DNA of 64,000 nt, taken from an uncultured Alphaproteobacteria bacterium (GTDB taxonomy: Bacteria > Pseudomonadota > Alphaproteobacteria > Methylaequorales > Methylaequoraceae). Below are positions 10,098 through 21,063 of this stretch, piece by piece. The position numbers and the translations under genes are program-made. Location: positions 35,951 to 99,950 of the forward strand of contig CACEWP010000003.1 of assembly GCA_902563305.1 (NCBI GenBank), written 5' to 3'. The stretch's first letter is position 1; each line of letters begins with the position of its first letter. The notes beneath the pieces were generated by a model that searched no databases, was not told the DNA's origin, and was given only the letters and a program-made list of their open reading frames with translations.

Positions 10098-11513
10098 ATG
10101 AATTTTATGAATAAAGATTTCTGGAATACAACAAAAATTAATGGCAAAGGTTGGAATGGTCTGGTAATTCAACAAAATAATGGTGAAGAAATTGATTTAT
10201 TGAATTTAGTCGAGAATAAACCTGAGAAGTATCCATTTTTCCTGGAAAGTTCATCCAGAGGGAATGTTCTTAACAGATATTCAATAATTTTTTATAAACC
10301 GAAAATTTTATTAGAAAAAGATAATTGTAAAATTAATTTCCTTAATGAATTTAATTATCTTTGGAATCAAAATAAAATTGAGCAAGAACAGATGATTTAT
10401 AAAAATCAATGTATTCCATTTTCTGGCGGTTGGTTTATTTACTTGGGTTATGAAATCGCAAGTGAAATAGAAAAAAAACTTGTAATTCCAAAATCTCCAT
10501 ATTTGCTTCCAGATGCTTTCGCAGCCAGAGTAAATACTTCGATAGTTTATGATCATATCGAAAAAATAGTTTTTTTAAGTAGTGATAAAAAAAAATTCTC
10601 ATCTGATTTTGATGACATACTAAATGATCTTTTTGGGCCAAAAATAGAAGATTCAAATTCTAGTCAAAAAGGATCAATCAAAATTTATTCAAAAGGAACT
10701 TCAGATGAACATCAATCGCAGGTTAGATCGTGTATTGATTATATATATCAAGGCGAAATTTTTCAGGCAAATCTTTCAAGATTATGGCAGTTCAAAGCTG
10801 ATAATAACTTGTCTGATATAGATATTTATAAACAATTAAGAAAAAAAAATCCTGCCCCTTATGCAGGAATAGTTAAATATAAAAATAGTTCAATTATTAG
10901 CTCTTCACCTGAAAGATTAGTTTCTATTAATGGTGATCATTTACAAACGCGACCTATTGCTGGTACAAGGCCGAGGGGTGGTTCGGGTCTCATTGATATA
11001 GAGCTGAAGAAAGAGTTGATAAGTTCTGATAAAGAGAAAGCTGAACATCTAATGCTTGTTGATTTAGAAAGAAATGATATTTCAAAAGTTTGCGAACCTG
11101 GAACTGTAAAGGTTGATGAAATGATGACTATTGAAACATATGCTCATGTTCATCACATAGTTTCAAACATTAGCGGAAAAAAGAAAAAAAATATTTTGCC
11201 AGGAGAAATTATTAAATCTGTTTTTCCTGGAGGAACTATAACAGGATGTCCAAAGGTTAGATGCATGGAAATACTTGGTGAGTTGGAAAAACAAGGTCGC
11301 GGTCCTTATACAGGATCATTTGGATATGTTAAACATAATGGAGATATGGATATAAATATACTTATTAGAACAATTCTAAAGGAAAAAAATGATCTTTTTT
11401 TTAGAGCTGGTGGAGGCATAGTTGCAGATTCAGTTCCACAAAATGAAACCTCAGAAACTGAGGCTAAGGCTAATGGTATGCTAAAGGCGGTAGGGTCCTT
11501 CAAAAATGAGTAA
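10098..11513 (+). CDS. pabB: Aminodeoxychorismate synthase component I (chorismate-binding enzyme)
   Basis: 471 aa with [29 protein letters not shown] and [17 protein letters not shown]. The adjacency to pabC supports PabB over TrpE. Confidence 0.85.
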   Translation: MNFMNKDFWNTTKINGKGWNGLVIQQNNGEEIDLLNLVENKPEKYPFFLESSSRGNVLNRYSIIFYKPKILLEKDNCKINFLNEFNYLWNQNKIEQEQMIYKNQCIPFSGGWFIYLGYEIASEIEKKLVIPKSPYLLPDAFAARVNTSIVYDHIEKIVFLSSDKKKFSSDFDDILNDLFGPKIEDSNSSQKGSIKIYSKGTSDEHQSQVRSCIDYIYQGEIFQANLSRLWQFKADNNLSDIDIYKQLRKKNPAPYAGIVKYKNSSIISSSPERLVSINGDHLQTRPIAGTRPRGGSGLIDIELKKELISSDKEKAEHLMLVDLERNDISKVCEPGTVKVDEMMTIETYAHVHHIVSNISGKKKKNILPGEIIKSVFPGGTITGCPKVRCMEILGELEKQGRGPYTGSFGYVKHNGDMDINILIRTILKEKNDLFFRAGGGIVADSVPQNETSETEAKANGMLKAVGSFKNE

Positions 11514-12387
11514 GTATATATCAATGATTAATGGAAAATGGTCCAAATCTATTTCAGTTTTAGATAGAGGACTTTCATATGGCGATGGACTTTTTGAAAC
11601 AATGTCTTGGTGCTATTTAGATAATAAAAAAATCTTAGGAGTTGAGTTTTGGGATAGACATTTAAGAAGATTAAAGGATAGTTGTTCAGTTACAAAAATT
11701 AAGTTCCCATCTAAAGATCTGTTAACAAATTACAAAAGAAAAATTTTAAATAGATCTTATGATGAAGGTATGCGAGAAGGCGTATTGAAAATCATTATTA
11801 CACGAGGTGTTGGAGGTAGAGGATATAAATTTGAAAAAGATATTACCCCAACTGTTGTTTTTTTAACATTTCCAAATAATCAAATAGATAGAAAGTTATA
11901 CGAAAAAGGGGTTAAACTAAGATTTTGCAACTCATCAATCTTTTCAAATTCTCAGCTAGCCGGCTTAAAACATTTAAATAGGATGGATTCAGTTTTAGCT
12001 AGATCAGAGTGGGATAGAAAAAACTTTTTTGATGGTGTAATGGTTGATGATTCGAATAATATAATTGATGGAACAATGACGAATATTTTTTTTTCCAAGA
12101 ATAATATTCTTTATACTCCATTAATAAAAAAATCAGGACTTAATGGGATAATGCGACAGGTTGTTATAGAAAAATCAAAATTATTTTTTAAAAGAGTTAT
12201 AGAAGTTCAAATCAAAAAGGATTTATTTAAAACATTTGATGAAATGTTTATCACCAATTCAATTATAAAAATTCTTCCTGTAAAGAATTTGCAAGCAAAA
12301 AACTTTCAAATCTCAAATTCTACACGACAATTAATAGATTTTTTTTCTAATCAAAAAAAGAATGTTAAAAATCTTGAATTAATTTAG
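11506..12387 (+). CDS. pabC: Aminodeoxychorismate lyase (class IV aminotransferase fold)
   Basis: 293 aa with LSYGDGLFET, ITRGVGGRGY and GLNGIMRQ. It overlaps pabB by 8 nt. Confidence 0.75.
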   Translation: MSKYISMINGKWSKSISVLDRGLSYGDGLFETMSWCYLDNKKILGVEFWDRHLRRLKDSCSVTKIKFPSKDLLTNYKRKILNRSYDEGMREGVLKIIITRGVGGRGYKFEKDITPTVVFLTFPNNQIDRKLYEKGVKLRFCNSSIFSNSQLAGLKHLNRMDSVLARSEWDRKNFFDGVMVDDSNNIIDGTMTNIFFSKNNILYTPLIKKSGLNGIMRQVVIEKSKLFFKRVIEVQIKKDLFKTFDEMFITNSIIKILPVKNLQAKNFQISNSTRQLIDFFSNQKKNVKNLELI

Positions 12388-13014
12388 TTCAAATTTTTTT
12401 TTAATTTTTTTTATGTATTTTTCATCATCATACTTTAGGTTAAATAATTCATTTAGTTCTTTTTCAGCTTCATTATGTAGCAAATTATTTATTAAGATTT
12501 CTATTAAGATCTCTCTTGCCTTAAGGTTATTAGGTGAGATAGTTTTTAATTTATAAAGATAATCTTTAGCACTTTTTGTCTGATTAATGTTTTTCTTTAA
12601 AATTGCGTATTCAAGTAAAATATCTTCGTTTAGAGGAAAATTTTTCAATGCATTTTTATAATATTTATCGGCTTTCTGATAATAACCGCTAAATACACAA
12701 GTTCTTGCAAGAATTAACCATCCCTGAAGATCATTAGGGTTTTTTTTTAATTTTTCTTCAAGATATAGTACTAAAATTTCGGGACTTATTTCCTTAAACT
12801 TTTCTGGGTTACTAGATCCATCTTCTATGATTTGATTTACCTTATCCTTGAAAGAGTAGCTTTCAATATTTCCTTTTTTAAAATAAATAAGAGTTGTAGG
12901 AGTTACTATTATTAAAATCGTCAAGAAAAATCTTAAAGGTCTCTTTTTAAATTTATTTAGATATAAAGCACAGGTTATAATTATTATTGTAAAAAGTGTA
13001 AATACAATCACCAC
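12379..13014 (-). CDS. ccmI: Cytochrome c biogenesis protein CcmI/CycH (TM + TPR)
   Basis: 211 aa with an N-terminal TM segment then TPR-like repeats. It is the last gene of the ccm block, uses a GTG start and shares 1 nt with the ccmH stop. Confidence 0.6.
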   Translation of the reverse strand: MVIVFTLFTIIIITCALYLNKFKKRPLRFFLTILIIVTPTTLIYFKKGNIESYSFKDKVNQIIEDGSSNPEKFKEISPEILVLYLEEKLKKNPNDLQGWLILARTCVFSGYYQKADKYYKNALKNFPLNEDILLEYAILKKNINQTKSAKDYLYKLKTISPNNLKAREILIEILINNLLHNEAEKELNELFNLKYDDEKYIKKIKKKFELN

Positions 13015-13382
13015 TATCTTTTCCTAAAAAAGAAGAGACTAAGAAAGAAAAAAAATAATATTGGAAGCAACCATAACCCTAAAGTATCAAATCTTACTGG
13101 AGGCTTAAATAAGACAAAATCACCATATTTTGAATGAACAAAGTCAATTATTTGTTCTTTTGTTTCTCCTTCAGTAAGTTTTTTTCTAACTACTTTTCTT
13201 AGGTCTTTGGCAATATCAGCATTAGAATTTTGAATATCCTCGTTTTGGCAAACCAAACATCGTAATTCTTTACCAATCTCCCTAGCAATTTTTTCTAAAT
13301 TATAATCATCTAAAATTTCGTCCGGCTCGATTGCTTTTAAATCAGAGAAAATTAGATATGAAAATAATACAAGAAATTTCAT
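13014..13382 (-). CDS. ccmH: Cytochrome c-type biogenesis protein CcmH/CycL
   Basis: 122 aa with a signal peptide, the LRCLVCQNEDI (LRCxxCQ) motif and a C-terminal TM segment. Confidence 0.9.
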   Translation of the reverse strand: MKFLVLFSYLIFSDLKAIEPDEILDDYNLEKIAREIGKELRCLVCQNEDIQNSNADIAKDLRKVVRKKLTEGETKEQIIDFVHSKYGDFVLFKPPVRFDTLGLWLLPILFFFFLSLFFFRKR

Positions 13383-13879
13383 TGAAGATCCTTTGCAATA
13401 TTTTTTATAGTTTCAAGATCTCTTCGCATAACCGGACCAACATGCCTATATTTTACAACACCATCACCAACGATGAAAGTTTCAGGTATACCATAGACCC
13501 CCCATTCAATACTTAATAAACCAGTTTCATCCATTCCAATTTTTTTATAGGGATTCCCTAGTTCATTCAGCCATTTTGATAAATCTTGTTTTTTATTCTT
13601 CTTAGCAATACCATAAATTGGAATGTCATTACTTAGTTTAAGAAGTTGTTTATGTTCCACCCTACATGGAGGACACCATGATGCGAAAAAATTTATAATA
13701 GCAACATTATCATTTTTTAATTCAAAATCAGACAGATCAGAGTTGCTAAAGGTTTTAATTGAAAACTCTGGGATTTCTTTTGATATTAGATTAGAAGGTA
13801 TACTACGTGGGTCTTTTTTAAGACCTTCGTATAGTATGAAAGTAAAAAGCAGAAATATTAATGTAAAAAGATACTTCAT
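13379..13879 (-). CDS. ccmG: Thiol:disulfide interchange protein CcmG/DsbE
   Basis: 166 aa with the thioredoxin-fold motif WCPPC and GVYGIPETF. Confidence 0.9.
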   Translation of the reverse strand: MKYLFTLIFLLFTFILYEGLKKDPRSIPSNLISKEIPEFSIKTFSNSDLSDFELKNDNVAIINFFASWCPPCRVEHKQLLKLSNDIPIYGIAKKNKKQDLSKWLNELGNPYKKIGMDETGLLSIEWGVYGIPETFIVGDGVVKYRHVGPVMRRDLETIKNIAKDLQ

Positions 13880-15771
13880 CTTTTTCTTGATAAACTATTA
13901 ATGAAGGAAAAAGAACCCCCTACTGCAAGAAAAAAAACTCCAATCCAAATCCATATAGTAAATGGATTAAACCAAATTCTAGTTGTCCATTGACTTTTAT
14001 TCTCGTGAGCATCTCCAATAGCTATATATAAATCACCAAAAATAGTAGAGTGTATTGCTGCTTCTGTTGTAACTTGTTTACCAGTATTGTAAAAACGTTT
14101 CTCTGGTTTTAAAATTTTTAGTTTTTTACTATTTTCCGTTATTAAAAAGTTTCCAGTCTGGCTTATATAATTTGGTCCCTCTATCTTTGTTACTCCAAGA
14201 AATTGAATTTGAAAATTTTTAATTTTTATAGATTCGCCAATCTCTTGAAATTGGATTTTTTCCTGTTTAAGAATACTGCTACCTGTTGCTCCGATAATCA
14301 ATAATCCTATTCCTATATGAGCAAGTACTTGTGCAAAAATTTTTTTTGGAATTTTTTTCTTTAATTGAACAAATTGAAAAATTTCGTAAACAGAACTTAA
14401 GATAATCCAACAACCCAAAATGATAAATATTATAGATAAAACTGGATCTTTATAGGACAGATACCAAACAACTAGTGAAATTAGAACGAAAATTATTAAT
14501 AAAACTTTAATTCTATTTAATAATAAAATTAAATCATCTTTTCCCCATTTTATATAAGGTCCTAAAATCATTCCAATCACAAATGGGAACATAATGGGCA
14601 TTAGAATTGAGTTGAAAAATGGGGCTCCAACAGAAATTTTGGAGTTGAAAAGCACACTCGAGAATAATGGATAAATTGTTCCTATTAATATAGTAAAAGT
14701 TATTGATAACATAAAAATATTATTGAGGGATATCATCCCTTCTCTTGAAATAAGTGAAATATTAGGTCTATTAAATCTATGTGTATTATTAAAATATTTA
14801 AAAATCCCAAAAAAGCTGATTGAGGCTAATAAAGCTAAAATATAAATTCCTCTAGTTGGATCGTTCGCAAATGCATGTACTGAAACTAAAACCCCCGACC
14901 TTACCAAAAAAGTTCCCAACAAACTTAAGATAAAAGTAACAATTGAAAGTAGTATAGTCCAATTTACTAAAATATTTTTCTTATCTGCTATTACTATAGT
15001 ATGTAAAAGAGCAGATGCTGTAAGCCAGGGTAAAAGTGAAGCATTTTCTACAGGGTCCCAAAACCAAAACCCTCCCCATCCAAGTTCATAATAAGCCCAC
15101 CAACTACCAAGACCTATACCACACGTTAAAAATATCCAAGAAATGAAAACCCACGGCTTCAATATTGCTATAAAGTAGTTTTTTACACCTTCTGATAACG
15201 CAGCGACTGATATTGAATAGATAATGGAAAACCCTACATAACCAAGATAGAGAAAAGGTGGATGAATTGCTAGTCCTGGATCTTGTAAGAGTGGATTTAA
15301 GTCAGCCCCTTCAATTGGAGGAGGGAATGTTTTTTCAAATGGATTAGAAGTAAAAAGAATAAATGATGTAATTAAAAAGCAAAGAGTGTTTTGAATTCTT
15401 AAAACATTGTTTTTGAAATCAGCTGATGCAGAACTATTAATAGAGAATAAATATCCAAAAAATGTCATTACAAGTAACCAAAGAAGAATAGAGCCTTCAT
15501 GATTACCCCAGACACCAGTTAATTTGTAAATTAAGGGAAGTTGACTATTAGAGTTTTTTGATATTACGTTTAACGAAAAATCTGAAACTAGAAATGAATA
15601 TGAAAGGCATATGAAGGATGCTATCGTAAAAAAAAAAGCAAGCTTACTAAATTTTAATTCATCAAAGAAAGTATGATTGTTTTTTTTACTAACAAATAAA
15701 AGGTTAAAAAAGCTAAAACTTGATATAACAAATGTTAGAATTAAAAAGATAAGACCAATTTCAGATATCAT
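13876..15771 (-). CDS. ccmF: Cytochrome c heme lyase subunit CcmF
   Basis: 631 aa polytopic protein with the WWAYYELGWGGFWFWDPVEN tryptophan-rich (WWD) motif. Confidence 0.95.
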   Translation of the reverse strand: MISEIGLIFLILTFVISSFSFFNLLFVSKKNNHTFFDELKFSKLAFFFTIASFICLSYSFLVSDFSLNVISKNSNSQLPLIYKLTGVWGNHEGSILLWLLVMTFFGYLFSINSSASADFKNNVLRIQNTLCFLITSFILFTSNPFEKTFPPPIEGADLNPLLQDPGLAIHPPFLYLGYVGFSIIYSISVAALSEGVKNYFIAILKPWVFISWIFLTCGIGLGSWWAYYELGWGGFWFWDPVENASLLPWLTASALLHTIVIADKKNILVNWTILLSIVTFILSLLGTFLVRSGVLVSVHAFANDPTRGIYILALLASISFFGIFKYFNNTHRFNRPNISLISREGMISLNNIFMLSITFTILIGTIYPLFSSVLFNSKISVGAPFFNSILMPIMFPFVIGMILGPYIKWGKDDLILLLNRIKVLLIIFVLISLVVWYLSYKDPVLSIIFIILGCWIILSSVYEIFQFVQLKKKIPKKIFAQVLAHIGIGLLIIGATGSSILKQEKIQFQEIGESIKIKNFQIQFLGVTKIEGPNYISQTGNFLITENSKKLKILKPEKRFYNTGKQVTTEAAIHSTIFGDLYIAIGDAHENKSQWTTRIWFNPFTIWIWIGVFFLAVGGSFSFINSLSRKR

Positions 15772-16216
15772 TAGCTTTTTCCTTTATGGATTCTAAATCT
15801 TTGATTTCTGGTGGCATGTAATTTTCATCATGTTTAGCTAAAACAGTATTGGCATTAAAAAGTCCTTTATTAACTATAAAACCTTCAACAACCACTCCTT
15901 GACCTTCTCTAAATAAGTCAGGTAATATCCCTATATAGGAAATAATGATCTCTTTTTCAAAATCAGTAATTACAAAAGAAATTTCCTCCATATTTATCCC
16001 ATTTATTTCTTTTATTTTTCTATTTAAACTTTTTTCTTTTACCATACCACCGACCCTTATAGTTTTTTCGGAACTAATTTCTTTCTCAAAAATTTCTGAA
16101 GGGGAGTAAAAAAATATTAGGTTATCTCTCAGATTAATAAATATGATGAAGCAACCCATAGAGAAAAGTAGAAATGAAACAATTATTGTAATTAATCTTT
16201 TATTTTTTTTCTTCAT
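15761..16216 (-). CDS. ccmE: Heme chaperone CcmE
   Basis: 151 aa with an N-terminal anchor, RVGGMV and the LAKHDENYMPPE heme-binding His motif. Confidence 0.9.
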   Translation of the reverse strand: MKKKNKRLITIIVSFLLFSMGCFIIFINLRDNLIFFYSPSEIFEKEISSEKTIRVGGMVKEKSLNRKIKEINGINMEEISFVITDFEKEIIISYIGILPDLFREGQGVVVEGFIVNKGLFNANTVLAKHDENYMPPEIKDLESIKEKANDI

Positions 16217-16371
16217 TTTTTTGATAGATTTATAAGTTCTTTTTCAAGTCTTTTCGTTTTTATATTACTAAAGATGAAGATGAGAAATATAATTAAGAAT
16301 ACAATTAAATACGATGATAAAACGTAAGAGAAGTGGTCTTCTGATTTTATAAAGTTAATAAAATAATTCAT
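16213..16371 (-). CDS. ccmD: Heme exporter protein CcmD (small ORF missed by the track)
   Basis: My hand translation of the minus strand gives MNYFINFIKSEDHFSYVLSSYLIVFLIIFLIFIFSNIKTKRLEKELINLSKK (52 aa, one TM segment). Its ATG overlaps the ccmC stop (ATGA) and its TGA overlaps the ccmE start (ATGA). This is the expected ccmD position between ccmC and ccmE. Confidence 0.75.
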   Translation of the reverse strand: MNYFINFIKSEDHFSYVLSSYLIVFLIIFLIFIFSNIKTKRLEKELINLSKK

Positions 16372-17090
16372 TTTTCAACTCTATTATATTTTATTACATC
16401 AATTTTTCTCTGGATTATCTCACCTTTCAACCTAATTAAAAGAATTGAAATGAAGAAGAAGAAAAAAGAAAAAGTCATTATAAAAAGTGGAACAAGCATT
16501 GATGGATCAATAGATGGTGATGATAATTTCGAGATACTGGCGGGCTGATGAAGAGTACTCCACCAATTGACTGACCATTTTATGATGGGTAAATTAACAG
16601 CACCTACTACTGCAAGAATTGAAGCATATTTGTCGGCTTTAGATTTATCATCATAAGAATTATTAATAATTATTAGTCCTAAATAAATAATAAATAATAT
16701 TAGTACAGATGTCAGACGTGCATCCCATACCCACCATGTTCCCCAGGTTGGCTTGCCCCATATTGATCCAGTCACCAATGTAGCTATAGTAAAGCAAGCT
16801 CCGATCGGTGCACAGGACCTTGAAATTAAATCAGCTAGTGTATGCCTTAAAACTAACGAGGAGATGCTACAAATGACTATTATAGAATAAATCATTAATG
16901 AAAACCATGCACATGGGACATGAATATACATTATCCTAACTGTTTCACCTTGAAGATAATCTGGAGGGCTATTAAAGAAACTAAAAAATAATCCAATTAC
17001 TAACAAAAACAAAGCTAAATGAATGGTAACTGGTTGAAATTTTTCTGTAAACTTCTGAAATTTCAATGGATTAGCTAATTTAAAAATCAC
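16368..17090 (-). CDS. ccmC: Heme exporter protein CcmC
   Basis: 240 aa with the WGTWWVWDARLTS WWD motif. Confidence 0.95.
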   Translation of the reverse strand: MIFKLANPLKFQKFTEKFQPVTIHLALFLLVIGLFFSFFNSPPDYLQGETVRIMYIHVPCAWFSLMIYSIIVICSISSLVLRHTLADLISRSCAPIGACFTIATLVTGSIWGKPTWGTWWVWDARLTSVLILFIIYLGLIIINNSYDDKSKADKYASILAVVGAVNLPIIKWSVNWWSTLHQPASISKLSSPSIDPSMLVPLFIMTFSFFFFFISILLIRLKGEIIQRKIDVIKYNRVEK

Positions 17091-17755
17091 TTATTTATCT
17101 CCCTCATAATTAATTTACCAGCATATAAACATACTGGTAATGTAATAAAAAAAATTCCAATTAAAATCAATAATTGGTCTCCAAAATATTTTGACGGTTC
17201 AGCAAAATTTTCTGAAGTTGTTGTAAAGATAACTATGGGAATGAAAAAGGGAAGAATTATCACAAATTGTACTATTTTATTTCTTTTGAGTTGAATTGAA
17301 AATAAAGCAGATAGTAATGAAATTAAAGTTAAACTTGGAGTAGATATAAAAATATTCAAAAAAAGTTTTAGTACATCATTGTAAGACAATTTAAAGAAGA
17401 TTAAGATAATTGGCATTAAAAAAACTGCAGGAATCAATATAATTAACCACATTGCTAAACTTTTGCAGAGAAAAATTGTTTCCTCCGAGAAACCAAGAAA
17501 TTGTAATTCCTTCAGACTTCCATCGCTATAATCTTCATGAAGAAAATTTTCAGAAACCAGCATAATAGAAAAAATCAAGACAACCCAAACAACAGGTTTG
17601 TAAAAAACAATTATGTTAGTGAGATCATCAAGGGCAAAAACAAAAATTAGTGAGGATGTTATAAAAAAAGTAGAAAAAGAAAAGAAGATTGAAGAATTAT
17701 TCATACAAATTCTAATTTCTCTTTTTAATAACTTAAAAAAATCTTTCATTATCAA
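17087..17755 (-). CDS. ccmB: Heme exporter permease CcmB
   Basis: 222 aa with 6 TM segments, positioned between ccmA and ccmC with 4-nt overlaps on both sides. Confidence 0.85.
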   Translation of the reverse strand: MIMKDFFKLLKREIRICMNNSSIFFSFSTFFITSSLIFVFALDDLTNIIVFYKPVVWVVLIFSIMLVSENFLHEDYSDGSLKELQFLGFSEETIFLCKSLAMWLIILIPAVFLMPIILIFFKLSYNDVLKLFLNIFISTPSLTLISLLSALFSIQLKRNKIVQFVIILPFFIPIVIFTTTSENFAEPSKYFGDQLLILIGIFFITLPVCLYAGKLIMREINK

Positions 17756-18423
17756 ATATCATCCCAGGAATTAAACTTGAAACTTTTTTGCTTATCATTT
17801 TTTTTAGGTTTTTTTATAAAGATTTTTTTTGAAGCTTTTAATTCAAAATTAATATGACTTGATAAAATGATTGATCCGTTATTTTTAATATGATTGTGAA
17901 TTAAAGCTTTGCACTTGTTAGCAGAGGAAGAATCTAGTCCATTAAACGGTTCATCAAGAAGCCATAATTTTGTCTTACTCAAAAGAAGCTTAGTCAATGA
18001 AACTTTTTTCCTCTGTCCATGGGATAAATTTATTACTTGATTTTGACTTATTTTGTGTAAATTAAAAAATTTAAGAGATTCGTAAAATTCATTTTTGCTG
18101 ATGTCACTCTCTAAGAGAGAGAGCCAATTAGTTAAATTTTCTTCAACAGTTAAATAATCTTTTAGAGAATCTTTATGCGGAATATAAGTAAATTTTTCTT
18201 TTTTATGAGATCCTAACTCTTCAAGAGGTGTTTTATTTATTTTAATTGTTCCTTTTTCTGGTTTTAGTATACCAGCTGCAATGTCTAAAAGACTACTTTT
18301 TCCAACACCATTGTCTCCTATCAAAATGATTATTTGAGATTTTCTTAGTTTTAAATTAAAATTATCAAAGATTAACCTTTTATTTCTGCGAAAATAAACT
18401 GATATAAATTCTAATACCATCAA
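17752..18423 (-). CDS. ccmA: Heme exporter ATP-binding protein CcmA
   Basis: 223 aa with Walker A GDNGVGKSS, signature LSHGQRKK and Walker B LWLLDEP. Confidence 0.9.
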   Translation of the reverse strand: MMVLEFISVYFRRNKRLIFDNFNLKLRKSQIIILIGDNGVGKSSLLDIAAGILKPEKGTIKINKTPLEELGSHKKEKFTYIPHKDSLKDYLTVEENLTNWLSLLESDISKNEFYESLKFFNLHKISQNQVINLSHGQRKKVSLTKLLLSKTKLWLLDEPFNGLDSSSANKCKALIHNHIKNNGSIILSSHINFELKASKKIFIKKPKKNDKQKSFKFNSWDDI

Positions 18424-18453
18424 AAAACCTTATAATAAACATTAGAGAAGAAA

Positions 18454-21051
18454 ATGAATCTAACAACTACAAATTTTACAGACAACCTTAAAATTGAAAA
18501 AGATGAGTATACCTTTATTAGCTTAAAGAAAGCAGAATCAAAATTTAAATTTGTTATAGATAAAATACCTTTTACTTACAGAATACTTTTAGAAAATTTA
18601 ATTAGAAAAAAAGGTAAAACCAATACAAGCATAAAGGACTTAGACAATCTTATAAATCAAAAAACTGGAGAGGAAATTCTTTTCTGTCCAAGTAGAGTTT
18701 TAATGCAAGATTATACCGGTGTTCCTGCTATAGCAGACTTAGCAGCCATGAGAGATAAATTTAAGAATGATGGGAATGATCCTGAGAAAATAAATCCTTT
18801 AGTTCCAGTGAGTCTAATTATTGATCATTCAATAAACGTAGATAGTTATTCTAAGAAAGATTCCTTAAGCATAAATGTAAAAAAAGAATATGAACGAAAT
18901 AGTGAGAGATATAAATTATTGAAATGGGCCCAAAGTTCCTTGAAAAATTTCCTTCTATTTCCTCCTGGTTCTGGTATTTGTCATCAAATTAACCTTGAGT
19001 TTTTAGCTCAGGTTGTTCAAACCGAAAATAATTTTTTATTTATGGACTCTGTTGTTGGAACTGATAGTCATACAACAATGGTCAATGCTTTATCTGTTCT
19101 CGGGTGGGGTGTTGGTGGAATTGAAGCCGAGGCTGTGATGTTGGGTCAGCCAATATCTATGCAAATTCCTGAGGTGGTGGGAGTTAGGTTGTCAGGAAAT
19201 TTGAAAGATGGTTTAACAGCTACAGACTTAGTTTTGAATATAACTGAAAAACTTAGAAATATGAATGTTGTAGGGAAGTTTGTTGAATTTTACGGACCAG
19301 GACTTGAGTTCTTAAATTTATCAGAACGATCAACAATTTCAAACATGGCACCAGAATACGGAGCAACTTGTGGAATATTTCCCGTGGACAAAGAAACACT
19401 TTCCTATTTAAAAATAACTGGAAGAAAATCTAAGCAAATTGATATTGTAGAAAAATATTCTAAAGAACAGTGTCTATGGCATTACGGTTCGGAGAAAATA
19501 AACTATAATCAAAATCTTGATATTGACTTAAGCTTGATAGAGCCATGTATATCAGGTCCTAAAAGGCCTCAAGATAGGATCAATCTTATTGATGTTCCAA
19601 AAAAGTTTAAAGATCATTTGAACGGCGAAGAAAAATCTTTTAAAAATGTAAAAAATAAACTCTCGCACGGTAAAGTGTGTATTGCTGCAATAACCAGCTG
19701 TACGAATACATCGAACCCTACGGTATTAATTATGGCTGGTTTGATAGCAAAAAAAGCAGTTGAGATTGGATTAACTATTCCATGGTGGGTTAAAACGTCA
19801 CTTGCACCCGGAAGTAAAGTTGTTAGCAAATATTTGGATGAATCAAATCTTTTGCAATATCTCGAAAAGCTAGGTTTTAATATTATTGGTTATGGTTGTA
19901 CTACTTGTATAGGTAATTCAGGACCATTAGATGATAAAGTGAATAACGAAATTATTCAGAATAATTTAAATGTTTGTAGTGTAATATCAGGGAATAGAAA
20001 TTTTGAGGGAAGAATTCACCCGCACATCAAATCAAATTTTTTAGCATCACCTCCTCTTGTTATAATCTATGCAATTGCGGGAAGAATAGATATTGATCTT
20101 TCCAAAGATCCTATAACTATTCACAAAGGTAAGGAAGTGTTTCTAAAAGATTTATGGCCACCTAAATCTGAAGTAGAAAATATAATAAAAAAATGTGTTA
20201 AAAGAGATTTTTACGAAAAAAATTACGCAACAATCTTTAAAGGTGACAGTGAGTGGGAGAAATTAAATATTAAAAAATCTCCAACTTACGACTGGTCATT
20301 AAATTCAACTTATATTAAGAAACCACCATTCTTGGATAATAAAAAAAATGACCTTTATCATGAAATTAAAGCTAGGCCATTAATCATTCTTGGAGATTCT
20401 GTTACTACAGACCATATATCACCTGCTGGAGTTATAAAAGAGGATAGTTCTGCTGGAAAATATTTAAAAGAGAGACAAGTTCATTTAGACGATTTTAATT
20501 CTTATGGAGCAAGACGAGGTAACCACGAGATAATGGTAAGAGGAACTTTTGCTAATATAAGAATTAAAAATAAAATGATTGAGCACGCAGGTGGATATAC
20601 AAAACACCATGAATCGGAGATTGTAGAGGAAATTTATAAAGTTGCGAACAAATACAGAAAAAAAAATATACCATTAGTTGTGCTTGCTGGTAAAGAATAT
20701 GGAACAGGCTCATCTAGAGATTGGGCAGCAAAAGGAACCAAACTTCTTGGAGTAAAAGCAGTAATTGCTGAGAGTTTTGAGAGAATTCATAGATCTAATC
20801 TTGTGGGAATGGGTGTGTTGCCACTTCAAATCAAAGATACAGATAAAATTAATTTTGGTGGACAAGAAATTTTTCATATTGGGAAACTTTCAGACTATTT
20901 GATTAAACCAAATATTAGAAAAAGAATAAAAGTTATAAAAAAAAATGGTGAACAATTTCTAATTAATGTGATTTCAAGAATTGATACCAAGAATGAGATA
21001 AAATATTTTGAAAGTGATGGAATCCTTCCATATGTATTGAGTAATATTTAA
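18454..21051 (+). CDS. acnA: Aconitate hydratase A
   Basis: 865 aa with GTDSHTTM, ITSCTNTSNP, GCTTCIGNSG and the swivel-domain GSSRDWAAKG. Confidence 0.97.
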   Translation: MNLTTTNFTDNLKIEKDEYTFISLKKAESKFKFVIDKIPFTYRILLENLIRKKGKTNTSIKDLDNLINQKTGEEILFCPSRVLMQDYTGVPAIADLAAMRDKFKNDGNDPEKINPLVPVSLIIDHSINVDSYSKKDSLSINVKKEYERNSERYKLLKWAQSSLKNFLLFPPGSGICHQINLEFLAQVVQTENNFLFMDSVVGTDSHTTMVNALSVLGWGVGGIEAEAVMLGQPISMQIPEVVGVRLSGNLKDGLTATDLVLNITEKLRNMNVVGKFVEFYGPGLEFLNLSERSTISNMAPEYGATCGIFPVDKETLSYLKITGRKSKQIDIVEKYSKEQCLWHYGSEKINYNQNLDIDLSLIEPCISGPKRPQDRINLIDVPKKFKDHLNGEEKSFKNVKNKLSHGKVCIAAITSCTNTSNPTVLIMAGLIAKKAVEIGLTIPWWVKTSLAPGSKVVSKYLDESNLLQYLEKLGFNIIGYGCTTCIGNSGPLDDKVNNEIIQNNLNVCSVISGNRNFEGRIHPHIKSNFLASPPLVIIYAIAGRIDIDLSKDPITIHKGKEVFLKDLWPPKSEVENIIKKCVKRDFYEKNYATIFKGDSEWEKLNIKKSPTYDWSLNSTYIKKPPFLDNKKNDLYHEIKARPLIILGDSVTTDHISPAGVIKEDSSAGKYLKERQVHLDDFNSYGARRGNHEIMVRGTFANIRIKNKMIEHAGGYTKHHESEIVEEIYKVANKYRKKNIPLVVLAGKEYGTGSSRDWAAKGTKLLGVKAVIAESFERIHRSNLVGMGVLPLQIKDTDKINFGGQEIFHIGKLSDYLIKPNIRKRIKVIKKNGEQFLINVISRIDTKNEIKYFESDGILPYVLSNI

Positions 21052-21063
21052 AATCTTAATTTA

